Of a DNA stretch of 64,000 nucleotides, positions 12,738 through 26,441 are shown in pieces (position 1 is the stretch's first letter; each line of letters begins with the position of its first letter). The notes below the pieces were generated by a model. That model was not told the DNA's origin and did no database searches. It saw only the letters and a list, made by a program, of their open reading frames with translations. The translations under genes and the position numbers were made by a program. The stretch is taken from positions 2,046,001 to 2,110,000 of the forward strand of contig JBHGNT010000020.1 in assembly GCA_043228905.1 (NCBI GenBank), given 5' to 3'. This DNA comes from Azolla caroliniana. Taxonomy: Eukaryota > Plantae > Polypodiophyta.

Positions 12738-13667
12738 ATCTATTTATACGAACATTTAGTTCGAGATGGCAATAATTCAAATAGATTGCCATCAACATAT
12801 GCACATAATTTAATCTTAGAACTTGATATAATTACTAGTGGATCTCGAGCGGTGGAATCTTCCATGAAGCAACGATCCTCAGGTTGTAGCTCGATGACCA
12901 TGTGCCCAATTTGTGTGCAATTTGTCACCTCTGCCTCTCGATAATTCTAGAGTAGGATCGCTAAATGTGCCTTCCTCATGGATGTTTGAACTTTGAATGT
13001 GTTAAAGACAAACAAACACATCAAAATATGTATAAAGAGATAAGAGTAAAGTGAATAACGAAAACACTACATTAGTCAACCAAGGAGTTCTATAAGTGGA
13101 CCCTCAACAAAGAGTGTGTGGCTTCAATGGCGGTCTAGATCTTCCTATCTGGGTGGTTGTGGTTGAGATGAAGCCACATGTGGCACATTCATGTGCCTTC
13201 TAGTAGGCAAGCGTTTTCGATTGCACCACATGTAAGGGTGTGTTTGTGTGTATGTTGACAATAACTCTTGCAAGAACACTACTCTCTTCAAGGCAAATAA
13301 ATATATACACATATATTGATGCATTTATTTGCTTTTTTCTTCTCATTATATAGCTCATAAATTTACATTTCTTTGCTTTCTTCTTCCATCTTCTTTTTGC
13401 ACATCTCTAGCTATCTGGATTTATTTGCGTTCTTTCTTCTTCGTCAAATTTGTATATATCTCAAAGATAAGCACTTCATTGAGGTATTCTTCTTCCTGTT
13501 TCTTCACCTTGGATACCTCAAAGATATGCATTTCTTTCCTTTCTTTACCTTTACCTCCAGCTTCTTTCTATATACCTCAAAGATGAATACTAAATTATGT
13601 TTGTACTTCAAATATCTTCTTCGTTCTATATACCTCAAATATCTTTATTTATTTCCTTTCTTCTTTC

Positions 13668-14322
13668 TGATATGATTCCACTCAGAGATAAACACAAGAT
13701 ACTCTAAAAATCGCAAAATAGAAAAAAAATGACACACGATTTACGTGGAAAATCCCAAATCGGGGAAAAAACCACGGGTGTGCATTGGTCACCAAATTTC
13801 ACTATAAACCAAGAGTGTACAGAAATGATAGCAAGCCTCTCTACCTTGCAATAGGAATTCCAAACACAAGGAACATTACAGAGAGGATTAAGCTCACACA
13901 ACAACAATTTGAAATGACAAAACCTGTTTTGGGATATGGTGTACACCAAGTCGTTGTCTGAAACCTTGATTACGGTTTCAGCCTTGTCCACCACAAAACC
14001 TCTTTACTTCTTGTCTTTACTGTTTTCTTCTGTCTCTCTCTCTTCCTTTGTTCTTCCTTGCTTCACTCTCCCTTAGCGCTACTCAGATGCGCAACTCTCT
14101 CATAGTTCTTCTCTCGCGCTTCTCACACACGCACAATTGTGTGCTCTCTCTGTGTATTGTCTTCTCTCTCGTGCTCAGGTAATAATGATCATCAGTCATC
14201 TAACAACTATATATATATTTGACCATTCGGCCGACTCTCATTAGACCGACTCCATTTGGTCTCTCGGCCAATTTCGGCTTCTCACCCATCTCCCCCATCA
14301 TGAGGGATAGGCTTTGATAACA
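13668..14322 (-). repeat. Copia 3' LTR (655 bp)
   Basis: TGATATGATT...GATAACA; homologous to 18287-18316 plus 19007-19705. Confidence 0.9.
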
Positions 14323-14339
14323 AACTCCCCCTCCACACC

Positions 14340-17300
14340 TGTATGGGGGAAAGTCGACCAGACCAGTCTTTCGCCGACAAGCGATGAGTTTTTCCATAGA
14401 CAAAATTTTAGTAAGCATGTCGGACCCATTTTCATCTCTATGGATCTTCGCTAAAACGATATCATTTTCATCCACTCTCTCTCATAACCAATGATACCTT
14501 CTTTGAATGTGATTTGTACGAGAGTGATAGGCAGTATTCTTAGCAAGATGGATAGCACTCTGATTATCACAATGAAGTAGGAATTTTCTTGCTTCATTCC
14601 TAGTTCACTTAGAAAATCTCTCATCCAAATCAATTCTTTTCCGGCTTCCACTGCAACCATATACTCAGTCTCTATGGTCGACAAAGCCCCAACCTTTTGC
14701 AATCTTGATTGCCATGACACAACCTCCCCTGAATAGGTCATCACATACCTTGATTTGGATCGGCTAGAAACTACATCACCCGACATATCAGAATATGTGA
14801 AACCTTCGAGCATAGGTTTCCCGGAGCCATATCTAAGGCATACAGTCGAAGTACCTTTGAGGTATCTGAGTATCCATTTTATGACTGCCTTTCCAAGATT
14901 ACTCATGTGGCGACTAACTGTCCCAATAGCAAATGCAATGGCCAGCCTTGTGCTGACCATAGCATAAATTAGGCTCCCAATAGCCGAGGCTTACGGTACC
15001 CTCCTCATCTCTTCCTTATCTTTCTCAGTTTTCGGACATTGTCTTGAATTTAGCTTCTAGTTCACTGGCAATGGAGATCCAACAGATTTTGCATTATACA
15101 TGTTAAACCTTTGCAAAACTTTCGTCACATATTTCTCTTGTGATAGCCATAACATGTTTTTAGTCCTGTCCCAGACTATATGCATTCCCAAAATCTGTTT
15201 TTCCGGTCCTAAGTCCTTCATGGCAAAAGATTTGCTCAAAGCTTTCTTCAAGCTTGCAATCTTCTTAGCATTCTGTCCAACAACTAACATATCATCCACA
15301 TACAACAAGAGGATCAGAAAATCACCTTCATCATACTTTTTCACAAATACACAATGATTGGCTTGTGTTTTATGGAATCCATGTTCCAACATGAAGGACT
15401 CAAACTTCTTATACCATTGTCGAGGAGCTTACTTCAGCCCATACAAGCTCTTTGTCAACCTACATACACGATTCTCTTTTCCTTTCACCTCAAAGCCCTC
15501 CGGCTGTTGCATATAGATTCCTCTTCCAACTCACCATGCAAGAATGTTGTTTTAACATCCAATTGTTCAATTTCTAGATTCATACTGGCAGCCATACTTA
15601 AAACTATCCAGATAGAAGTCATCTTGACAAATGGAGGGCCTTATACCTAGGTGTATTTCCATCTTCTCCAGTTTTTAATTTGTAGACCCATTTGTTTCTA
15701 AGTGCCTTCTTTCCCTCAAGCAGCTCCATTAGCTCATAGGTGTAGTTCTCATGCAAGAAATTCATTTCCTCTTGCATGGCATTATACCACTTCTCCTTGT
15801 GTACACATGTCATGGCTTCTTCATAACATTCTGGTTCACCTATATCAATCAATAGAACATATTGACTTGCTGGATACCGAGAGGAGACCTTCCTTTGCCT
15901 ATGTGGGTATCTTCTTTCTTCAGTCACTGACTCAGATTCGGTCTCTTCTGCCAGCTCATCTTCCAGCTCAGGTCCATGTGTATCAATATGTTGTTGTGTA
16001 CTAGCTGACTCAGATTCGGTTTCATCAACCGGCTATTGTCTCCCTGTCGGTTGTGTGAAAGAGGGATCGACTAGTGTCGATTCCATAACAACAGCCGACT
16101 GGGAAGATGAGACTGGTTTTTGTCGTTTCTAGTCTTCAATCGTTTTGTCTTCCATGAATACTATGTCGCCGCTCCGTACCACCTTCTTATCAAGGAGATC
16201 CCACAACCTATAGCCGAACTCATCTTCCGAGTACCCCAAGAATATGTATGGTTTGGACTTGTTGTCCAACTTTGACCTCTGATCTTTTGTCACATGCATA
16301 TATGCTAAGCATCTGAACACTCTTAAGTGTTGGTAAGAGACACTTCTTCCAGTCCACACCCTCTGTGGGATATCACCCCTTAGAGGTACTGAGGGAGACC
16401 TGTTTATAAGAAAAATAACGGTCAACATTGCCTCAGCCCAATATGATTTCGACAACTTTGCATGCGACAACATGCTTCTTACTCTTTCCATTATGGTCAG
16501 ATACATTCTCTCTGCTAAACCATTCAGTTCGGGTGTCTTCGACACTGTATACTCAAGTTTAATGCCTTGAGTCTTGCAATACATCTCAAATTGGCCTCTA
16601 TACTCACCACCATTATCTGTTAGGACATCATTCGACTTCTATCTAAATTCTCTTTTTACCCTTGCATGAAACTCTTTACAAGGCCGGCACACTTGGTCTT
16701 TAGACTTCAGCACACAACTTTCTGCTGAAGTCATCAATGAATGTCACCAAGTATTGTCCACCACGATGTGATGGAGCATCCACATAGCACACATCTGTGT
16801 GAACCAATTCTAGGGCACATTCCGTCCTCATCGGAGGCCTAGAGTGAAAGGAAACTCTATTTTGCTTTCCAGCCAAGTAATCCACACATTTCTCACGATG
16901 TCTGCCTTTCACTTTTGGTAGGAGATCCTTTTCAGCAAGGATATGCATTACCCTTTCGCTCATGTGGCCGAGCCTTTTATACCACAACTCACCATCTGAG
17001 TCGGTCACTACATTTGCTTCATCTCGGCATAATCTTGCATGCATCACATACAATGTGTTCTGTTTTTGTGCTCGAGCCACCATCAAACTTCCCTTGTTGA
17101 ACTTCCATGTACCATTGCGAAAGCTACCACTGTAGCCTTTATTGTCTAGCCGATATCAGATTCAGTCTGACATCCGAGATGTGGCATACATCCTTCAACA
17201 TTAACCTATAGCTAGTAGATGTTAACAAGCACACATTTCCTATACCTACAATCTTGCGTTCACCGTTGTTCCCCATCCTTACATAACCATAGTCACCGGT

Positions 17301-18260
17301 TGTGTAAGATGAGAAACATTCTCTTTTGGGAGTTAGGTGAAATGATGCATTGGAATCAACTACCCAAGAGCACTCAACATTGGCAAGATTCACACTAGCT
17401 TGTTCACAAATGAATAACAACTCTTCCTAATTGGTTGCAATGGCTGAAGTGTTCTTATCATCAGAAAATTTTCTAGGCTCAACATCATCATCGATGCCTT
17501 TTCCTGCTTAAGGTGTCGACAATTTCTTTGGAAATGATCCGGTTTCCCACAATAGAAACACGTGGGTCTTCATCTGAACTTTGACCTTGCATAAGACTTG
17601 TCTCTATTTTTAGGACTCCTATGTTCACTTCTTCCTCTACCAAGGTTTTGTGCCACATTCGCTTCCAATTCAAACAAGGCCCTTTTATCCTTTCTTCTTG
17701 TTTCTTCATTTAGAATGCTTGACTTTACTACTTGTAAAGACAAGTTGTCTTCTTTACATGAGGTACTAAGTGACACTATTAGATTCTCCCAATGGTCCGG
17801 TAGAGTACACAATAGTAGTGTAGCCTACATAGCATCATCTAATGGGAATTTCGCTGATGCTAATTGGTTTACTAGACCCATGAAACTACTAATGTGCACC
17901 ACGATGCTATCACCATATGTTTACTTTGGCCTCACTATTTTCCTCATTAAGGAAGTTTTGTTTAGGGCATTTTTCCTTTCATACAGGACAGAGAGTTTAT
18001 GCCACAGCTCGTAGGCATTTGTATCACTTGCTACATGTTGTAGGATGCTTATGTCTACACATTGCCTTATAGTTGGCAAAACCTTTCTATTTAGGATTTT
18101 CCACTCAGAATCTATTACCCCTCTTGGTATATCCTACCTACCTATCGGCTCATACAGGTCTTTGACTATTAGAAGATCCTCCATCTTGATCTTCCAGTCA
18201 TCATAGTTATGGGAGTGTAGAACGATCATTCGTAGAAATCCACTCATACTTCATTCCATT
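14340..18260 (-). pseudogene. Copia gag-pol, disrupted
   Basis: gag NYDDWKIKMEDLL; PR WVVDSNASFHL; INT LELVHTDV, PELNGLAERM; RT LLLYVDDML, MKDLGPEKQILGM; RH VSWQSRLQ, SDMLTK; many stops. Confidence 0.93.
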
Positions 18261-18286
18261 TAGAACCTCTTGCTCTAATACCAAAT

Positions 18287-19705
18287 TGATATGATTACAC
18301 TCAGAGATAAACACAATGTTGGGAGACAGGTCCCTCTGGATGGGAAGGGAGAAGAACAGTGCCGATGAACAGACTCGGCCGAGGCCGATAGGCCGAGGCC
18401 GAAACCGTATGAGGTGGACCCGGCTACGGAGAGCCGGATGATGCAGACCCGGTATGAACTGGATGGTGCAGGCCCGGTACGAACCGGATGAGGAGTAGCC
18501 GGCTACGGAGAGCCGGATGATGCAGACCCGGTATGAATCGGAGGAAGAGACATATTCGTAAATATGTTTCTGAGAGCCCATCGTGGCTACATTTGTAAAT
18601 AGCCGAAAAGTCATATTAGTATAAATATGACTTAGGGCAAACTAAGTAGGTTGTTGTTGTTATTCTTCCTTGTTGGTGCAAGAAGAAGTGAGAGCGCGCA
18701 ACTGTACAGAGAGAGGGAGAGAGACGAGGTCTTTGCCTCTGTTGTAACCGCCGCCTGTGGCGAAGATCGTGAGCACGAGGTCGTTGCCTCCGTGAACTCA
18801 CAGTTTTGTACATTCTTACATAGTGACAGTTTGCAGCCCGTGGGCTGCCGTGGTTTTTCCCCTAGTTTGGGGTTTTCCACGTAAACCTCCTGTGTATTTG
18901 TCTTCCTCTTTGTGTCGTGTTCTATTTCCTATTTTTCTGTGCATGAAAATAATCTCGGTTGTGGCCGAGCGTTGTGCATAAGGAACGTTGGGTTCCCGTC
19001 ACACAAGATACTCTAAAAAATGCAGAACAAAAAATAAACGACACACGATTTACGTGGAAAATCCCAAATCAGGGAAAAAACTACAGGTGCACACCGGTCA
19101 CCAAATTTCACTATAGCAGTTGAACCAGAAGTGCATAAATGCCCTCATTAATCGCAGCAATGATCGCAAGTCTCTCTAGCTTGCAATAGGAATACAAAAC
19201 ATGTGGAACACTGCAAAGAGGATGAAGCTCACACAACAATTATATGAAATGACAAAACCTGTTTTGGGATATGGTGTACACCAAGTCGTTGTCTGAAACC
19301 TTGATTACGGTTTCAGCCTTATCCACCACAAAACCTCTTTACCGTTTTCTTCTGGCTCTCTCTCTTCATTTGTTCTTCCTTGCTTCACTCTCCCTTAGCA
19401 CTACTCAGATTCACGACTCTCTCATAGTTCTTCTTTCACGCTTCTCACACACGCACAATTGTGTGCTCTCTCTATGTATTGTCTTCTCTCTCGCGCTCAG
19501 GTAATAATGATCATCAGTCATCTAACAACTATATATGTGTGTGTGTGTATATATGTATATATGCATTCGACCATCCGACCGACTCCATTCGGTCTCTCGG
19601 CCGATTTCAGCCAGCCGACCCTCGTTCGGCCTCTCGGCCGATTTTGGCTTTTCAGCAGTCTCCCCCATACCCATACCCCATCAGGAGGGATAGGCTTTCA
19701 TAACA
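18287..19705 (-). repeat. Copia 5' LTR, interrupted by a solo LTR
   Basis: Matches the 3' LTR once 18317-19006 is removed. Confidence 0.88.
18317..19001 (+). mobile_element. Solo LTR (685 bp) nested in the Copia 5' LTR, in opposite orientation
   Basis: TGTTGGGA...TCCCGTCA termini; TSD CACAA at 18312-18316 and 19002-19006; TATA at ~18620; internal ~80-bp U3 tandem repeat; no internal domain. Confidence 0.9.
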
Positions 19706-19988
19706 CTTTCCTCCTTTCTTTTCATATGTCTCAAAGATAAACCCTTATTTTCTTTCTTTCTTTCTTTCTTATCTACCTCTAAGATAAGCAGCTTGCTGTC
19801 TTCTTCCCTTTCTTTTTATATATCTCAAAGATACATTCCTTTGTTTTCTTGTTCTTCTTGACCTTACAAATCTCTTAGATCTGGATTTCTTTGATTTTCT
19901 CCTCCTCCTCCTCCTCCTAAGAATATACGTATAAGACGTCTGCTTTTTTGCTTTCTTCTTTATTTTCCTTGTGCCTTGTGTCTGCTCC

Positions 19989-20029
<41 letters not shown>

Positions 20030-20074
20030 GGTGGTTTTGCATTCTTTGTTGTTTAGCTTTTTCTTTTTGAGCAG

Positions 20075-20459
20075 ATTGACAGTGCAAACAGACACGGGAT
20101 CCTTCCAGAAGTTGTGCAGCTTCTTACTGATCTCGATCTCAACATCGACAAAGCTTACATATCGTCTGACGGGGGATGGTTTATGAATGGTGATTCTTTC
20201 GAAATGTTTGAGGTTTTTCACCTTTTTTGTTTCTGCATTCTTTTATTTACCATAGCTTCTGCATGCTGTAACTTTGTCTTTCATATTCTATACATACTTC
20301 TCTGGTTTGCATTTGTGAGCTTTCGCATTTATTTCATTATTTTCTGCTAGAAATGCAAAGAATATTTAAATAGTTGTTTCTCCTTTTGCAGTTTTCCATG
20401 TGACTGACGCATCTGGAAGTAAAGTCACAAATCAAGAATCAATTGACTTTATTGAGAAG
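20075..20459 (+). CDS. ACR: Two internal exons (20075-20189, 20392-20459) of an ACT-domain-repeat (ACR) protein gene; partial
   Basis: Canonical CAG|...|GT boundaries. Spliced peptide [61 protein letters not shown] matches the first ACT domain of plant ACR proteins. Other exons were not found in the window. Confidence 0.85.
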
Positions 20460-21779
20460 GTATCACATTCACACTCTCCAGGTTCCTGAATGGTCTGCAT
20501 CTTATGTATAATAAAGTAATTTTGATAAATCTTTACTGATATATCATAATGAAAAGCATCGTCTGTCTGTATGTATGTATACGTTCCTGCTTATCTATAT
20601 TACTGTTATATATGAGAGGAGATCAAAGCTCTAAAGGCGTCGTTTCTTCTTCTTCTTCTTCCTCAGCTTCTTCTCTTCTCCTCTCCTCTCCTCTTCGCCA
20701 TCGCCATTGCCGTCGCACTTACTTGGTCCTAGCCGTGGCGTTCCTTCTCTGTCACTTCCAATGCTGTTCTCTCTTTTCGCAGAAGCTCCTCACAAGTAAG
20801 TACAAATACGTGTGTATGTATCTACCTACCTGCAATCTCGCCTCAGAATCTGCTGTTCTTTCCTGTTTGAGCTTAAATAAAACGTCTTCTCTTCTGGATA
20901 GAAATGAGCGAGCATTAACCCCTAGAAAATGAATGCATTCAATACAACAAAACAATAGGACTTCGTAGGAGTTTCAGATGCATGCTTTGCCGGCCCTATC
21001 TTAACATTGATGATGGATGTGTTGTACCATGTGAATCGACATCGGATATATATATATATATATATATATATTGATCTCATGTCAGATTCATATACATATA
21101 CACATACATACATGTATATATACATATGCATGTATATAATGCTCGTTCTTCTGGATCCAGCATACAATTTGTAGAAATTTGGATGGATTACATATCTGGA
21201 AGGAAGATCCTTCCTTACAAGACTGATCCACCGACCCTTTCCCCCTGTCCATTCATATACATATACACATACAGATATGTATATATACATATGCATGTAT
21301 ATAATGCTCGTTCTTCTGGATCCAGCATTAACATTTGTAGAAATTTGAATGGATTACATGTCTGGAAGGAAGATCCTTCCTTACAAGACTGATCCACCGA
21401 CATTTCCCCCCTGTCCATCTCCATCTAGGTCTCATCCTCTTTCTTCTTGAAAATTTGTATGCCCGCATACCAAACAGGTACATATCGAAGTCAACATCGA
21501 TCGAGCAACCGTCTACCAAACAGGTACATATCGTAGTCAACATCGAGCGAGCAACCGTCTACTTACTGAGGTAACCTACCGACACAGGAGGAATAAATTG
21601 TGGTATGGTGGTATGAATAGGGTACCACGACATCCTTTTGTTATCTGCCTACAAATCAGCTTAAAAAATCCCGTTTTCCCTCTGTATAAACACCACCGAT
21701 GCTTTCTTATGCCGTTCATCATTGTGCATGTTCTTCTCTGTAGCTCTACACACCATGTAACGGGGGACCACTTCCATGG

Positions 21780-23199
21780 ACCTTATGTCCGATGATGCAT
21801 TTCTTGAAGCCGCAGCCATGATGATATAACTGCATAACACGATCGTTTTTATGTCTTCAAATTTATGCAAGAAGAGGCTCTCGCCTGTTATGATTTGATT
21901 TTGTATGTTGAATATCGATAGTTCACATCACCTTAAATGTGGCTTGCTTCTTGATGCCATGAGAGTTTTTGACAAAGCTTCCTCTTTTTTGAGTTGAGAT
22001 TGCTGCGTGGAAGGCAGTACTTGTTGGCTATGTGGGAGATGGACATTTCAAGCAAGCACTACATACATGTACTATTGCAGAGAGATGGGAAAGAAGAGGT
22101 TACCTCAAAATGATGTGATTGTTGGATTCATATCTGAAAGATGGCATTACTTATAAGATGTTGTTTCATGGAATTCTTTAATGAGTAATTGACGGAGCTC
22201 AAGAAGCTCTTTGCTCTTTTGGACAATTGCACATTTGAGTCCATTTTTCCTACCCTTGTCTCATATATTTGTAGCTTGAAGGTACGTACCCTTGTGGGAT
22301 GAATGAATCGATGTTGAAGGTAGTCAGTCGGTCATATACGTTCCCTAATCCAAATCGAAGGTATTTTGGCTGACAAAGCTACAGTTGTGGATGTGTTTTC
22401 ATCTCTCTGGCAATGGCAATGAGATCCTACCGCCTCAGGGGAAATGATTGCATGTTCTGGTGAATCAGATCTGGCTGCATGCACATCTTAAAATTGTTGT
22501 TACTACTCCTATTTTAAATCTGGTCTCCTAGAGTGTGTATGCATAAGACTTTTGATAGATTTTCCAACCATGGCACCCTCCTGGGAAACTTTGATAGGGG
22601 CTTATGCAAGATATGGCCGGCCTGTTCAGCTTTTTGAGCATATGCAGAGAGAGGAGGAACCATACTATACACCTGGGAAGGTTGGTCTCCTTGGCATCTT
22701 AAATCCTACTCCGGTGGGGAATCCCTCATTCATGGAAATGACGAGTTACGTTGAGCAGGAAAAAGGGAGGAAGGCATTGGAATTTCTTGACAGAATTAGG
22801 TTGTAGAGTAACACTTCTTCGAGTGTTATCACATACGGTTGCTTACTTGAAACCATGCGGAAGCATGGGATCCGTAGGCAAAGGCCAAGATTTCCATGCT
22901 GAAACTGCTCGAGAAAACTCATTTATTGGTACTTACTTACGTGCAAGTTTTGGAATGGTAGAAAAGCCACGCTAACTGTGGGACAAGGTTTTGATTCATG
23001 ATATTTCCTCGTGGAACGCATTCATTTCAGGCTATTTTGAACATGGTTGTGGTGGGAAGCTATACTCTCGTTGTTTCAAAGAGAATGCAGGTTCGTGGTA
23101 TCGGTCTTGACTCTAAGCTTTGCATGCATTGTGAAAGCATGTGCTTGTACTGGATGTATAGATACAAGCATATGGATATATGGAGAGATTACAAGAAAC

Positions 23200-23237
<38 letters not shown>

Positions 23238-24440
23238 GGTGTGGAAAAGACGTGTAAGTAGGCAGTCTGGTCAATATCTGTGCTAAATTTGTGTTGCTGT
23301 AATATGTAGTTATGGATTAAACGAGTTGAAGTTCACTTAGAATAGACTATGCACAGCAAGAACGTGATATGAGGAATCATCAACGTGTTTTAAAGAGATA
23401 CAATGGGGAAGCATCTATTCAGATGCTTGTCGAGAAATAGTATATGGTGTAAAAGGGAAAGGAACTACAACATTGAGATCATTAAAAGAGGACATTTCAT
23501 TAAAAGAGGACATTTCAAGATAGAAGTATTCATTGGAAGCATCTTGGTTGATATGTATGCACAATTGCGGTTTGCTTGCAGAAGCACAAATAGTGTTTGA
23601 GACATTACTGGTTCAGGTTGTATTTTGTCTTGGAATGCACTTATTTCGAGATACACCCACGCGGGAAAAAGAAAGGAGGTAAGTTTGAAAACGTTTTCTA
23701 CTGGATTCAGACCGGAAGCTATACTTACCAGATGCACTGGCATCTTAACAGCATGTGGCAACTTATGGGTTGTATGGAAAAGAAACACATTATCTGCTGA
23801 AACTATTGCCGATCTCTTATTAGAGAAAGATGCGGTGTTTGGAAATTATTCAATGGAGATGTATGACAACTGTGGATATGTCAACGCACAACTAGCATTT
23901 GACAAGGTTTGAACTCGAGATGCACACAGTCTCATGGAATGTATTCATTCCTGGACATTGTGCACGTGGAAACATTGAAGAAGCATTGATACACTTGGAG
24001 CATACGAAGATGGATAAGATCTCCAGTCTTTCTCACTGTCTTGAAAGCATGTGGAAACTTAGGAGAAGCTGACAAGAAGCCTATGAAGGCAAAACAATAC
24101 ATTCAAGGGCTATGATTAGATGGGTTTATATAGGGCAATGACACTCTCACCGGTGCATTGGTCGACATATATTTAAAACGTGGCTTGGACTCTGGAATAT
24201 AGTCATGTGGAAGTCTCCTTTGGCGAGACATGCTGCCAGAGAGCATTTTATCGTTTTGAAAAAATGCAACTTGAAGATGATTTGACAAATGGAGTCGCAT
24301 GCATCCACGTATTCTAAGCTTGTGCCAATGAAGGAGCTGTTGAAATTGGGAAAGAAATGTATGCCAAAATCACTAAGAGAATGAAAATCTCATCGCAAAA
24401 CATTGATTTGATATGTACTCCAAAGTGTGGTCAGCCCTCT
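21780..24440 (+). pseudogene. Pentatricopeptide-repeat (PLS-type) pseudogene, diverged copy
   Basis: PPR fragments LLDAMRVFDK, DVVSWNSLM, SWETLIGAYARYG, GSILVDMYA, SWNALISRY, VSWNVFIPGH, scattered over frames with many stops. Boundaries approximate. Confidence 0.8.
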
Positions 24441-26441
24441 TGGATGGGCCATGGCTAGTTCTTATTTGTTGTAGGTGAGATCAAATTGGAAGTATACTAA
24501 TTAAGAACACCCTTTCTTTTAAGCGGTAACATTTAATTCAGAAGTTTAATAAGTCTTTCCTTCCATCGTTCCCCAAATCTGGCGATGCATGAGGTAGCAT
24601 TTTTATGAGCAAGCACGCATAAGGAGGTAGTATATCGATCTTATGAAACAATAGTGCATCCATCTAGAGACATGTTCATGTCGATTGCAAAATGTTTGTA
24701 ATGGACATGCAAGATAAATGGTCATAGTTCCATTTGTTTTAGACTAGACGTACCTATGATAAAAGTTGAGATTGTGTCACATTCTTGTACTTAGAACGCT
24801 TAGTGCATGCATCATAGGATTAACACCTAATTTCTCTACGCAGAATGCTTTGGCTAGCTCCACATGGGTTGAAGGGTTATTGACACATGAACTTCAATAG
24901 AGACCCTAGAATATCATAGAGACATTACCGATGTGTTCATTTGGTATTCTAACAAAGGTATTTTGGGATTGACTTCCAATCTTTGATCACTTGGGTTCTC
25001 AAAAGATTCTACAATTCAATCCAAGTGTGTCTAATGGTTGTAGTGGGTAAACCATGCATGACAACGGATGTGTATGTTTTATTTTACGTAAAAAACTAGT
25101 AGATATCTCGACCTCATATTCTTAAAAAATTGAGAGGAAAAACTTTAGAATAGTGTGAGTTCCAATTGTTTTCTGGGTCAAGGGTGTAAGGCATCTAATT
25201 CGTTTAGCATGCCTCGCTACCCGTTTGCAAGGGTGTAAGGCATCTAATTCGTTTAGCATGCCTCGCTACCCATTTTTTGGTTTGGACGTATAAATTGGAG
25301 TTTTAGTTAGGGGGGGTTGTGATGATTTGTTTTAGTTGTTATAAGAACTAAAACAGGTGGTTTCCTTTCCATATTATATGAAAAAAGAGCAAGGGAGGAG
25401 CGTGTATGGAATTATTAAGAAAAGGTGGAGGGGTATATGAGGAGTGACTATATTAGAAATGGGGGAGGGGCAAAGGAGTTTTACATAGCGGCAGGGGTAT
25501 GTGAGGAAATAGAGGGGGAAATAGGGTGGGGCTCATTACAAAGAAGAGGAGGGAGGGGTAAGTTAGGAAGTTTTCGAAAGTTGAGGGGCGGGGTATACAA
25601 CAAATTCAAAGAAACTGTGGAAGGGGTTTTGTGTGTGAAATAAATGCACATTTGACCAATTATGATTTGATAGGGACATTCCAATATATGTGCATGATCC
25701 CATGACGGGATACATGTAGAAGTCTTCTCCATAAGGCTTGATCAAGAAATTATGTATAAAATTAACTTGAACTCTATGCTTTCTTCTCTATCACAAAAGA
25801 TTCATGTAATTTGCAATTACGTTAAATGAGACTCAAAGTTGCTTATGCTACCATCTATAGTACACAAATTACGATTGCATTTGGGGCTTTTAACGTAGAA
25901 GCTTCATATCATTTGCATGTTAACGGTGGTATCAATCATACAAGGAGTGAAACCCCTCATTAAACTCGATAGCAATAGGATTATAGCTCGTTACGAATCA
26001 CTAACAAAAGAATCGTAATGCTGTGACAGACAGAAAAGAATAGGAAATACTATAACCTATATTGTACTCGTGTAGTCATTACTCAAAGCCATGTGCAACT
26101 CATGAAGTTCCCCGTTTAACTTTTGATACTAACCATTCGCGCATCTGTAGCCAAAACTCAAGAACTTACTAGTACATATACAGTTTATTTTTCCATAACC
26201 AGATAAGGTGGATTTCCATATTGGGCTCAAATGAACGTCGCTTTTCATTAGATTTCAAAAACCTGAAAATGGACATACGGCACCATGTCCAAATCTTTTA
26301 TGAACGGACGGATATTGTGCTTCTATCTATGTACAACCGGATAGATGTTAGTATAGAATGTACATAAATGGTCAAAGCATTCCCGCACAATAAGTGAGCC
26401 CTATGAGTATCCTGTTACCAAGAAGACTTGATCCTCAAATC

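Larger units (their letters stand above)
13668..19705 (-). mobile_element. Full-length degenerate Ty1/Copia element (Tnt1/Tork-like)
   Basis: TSD CTTTC at 13663-13667 and 19706-19710. Paired LTRs 13668-14322 and 18287-19705. PBS TGGTATTAGAGC (tRNA-iMet type) at 18272-18283 (-). PPT AGGGGGAGTT at 14323-14332 (-). Confidence 0.93.

Noticed and set aside
21086-21420. ~165-bp tandem duplication in the first PPR copy
   Set aside because: Real, but an ordinary local duplication next to an AT-rich microsatellite; no sign of function.
21780-24440. Functional PPR gene rescued by splicing or RNA editing
   Set aside because: Too many frameshifts and stops, shared by all copies, without consistent splice sites; U-to-C editing is organellar and cannot fix indels.
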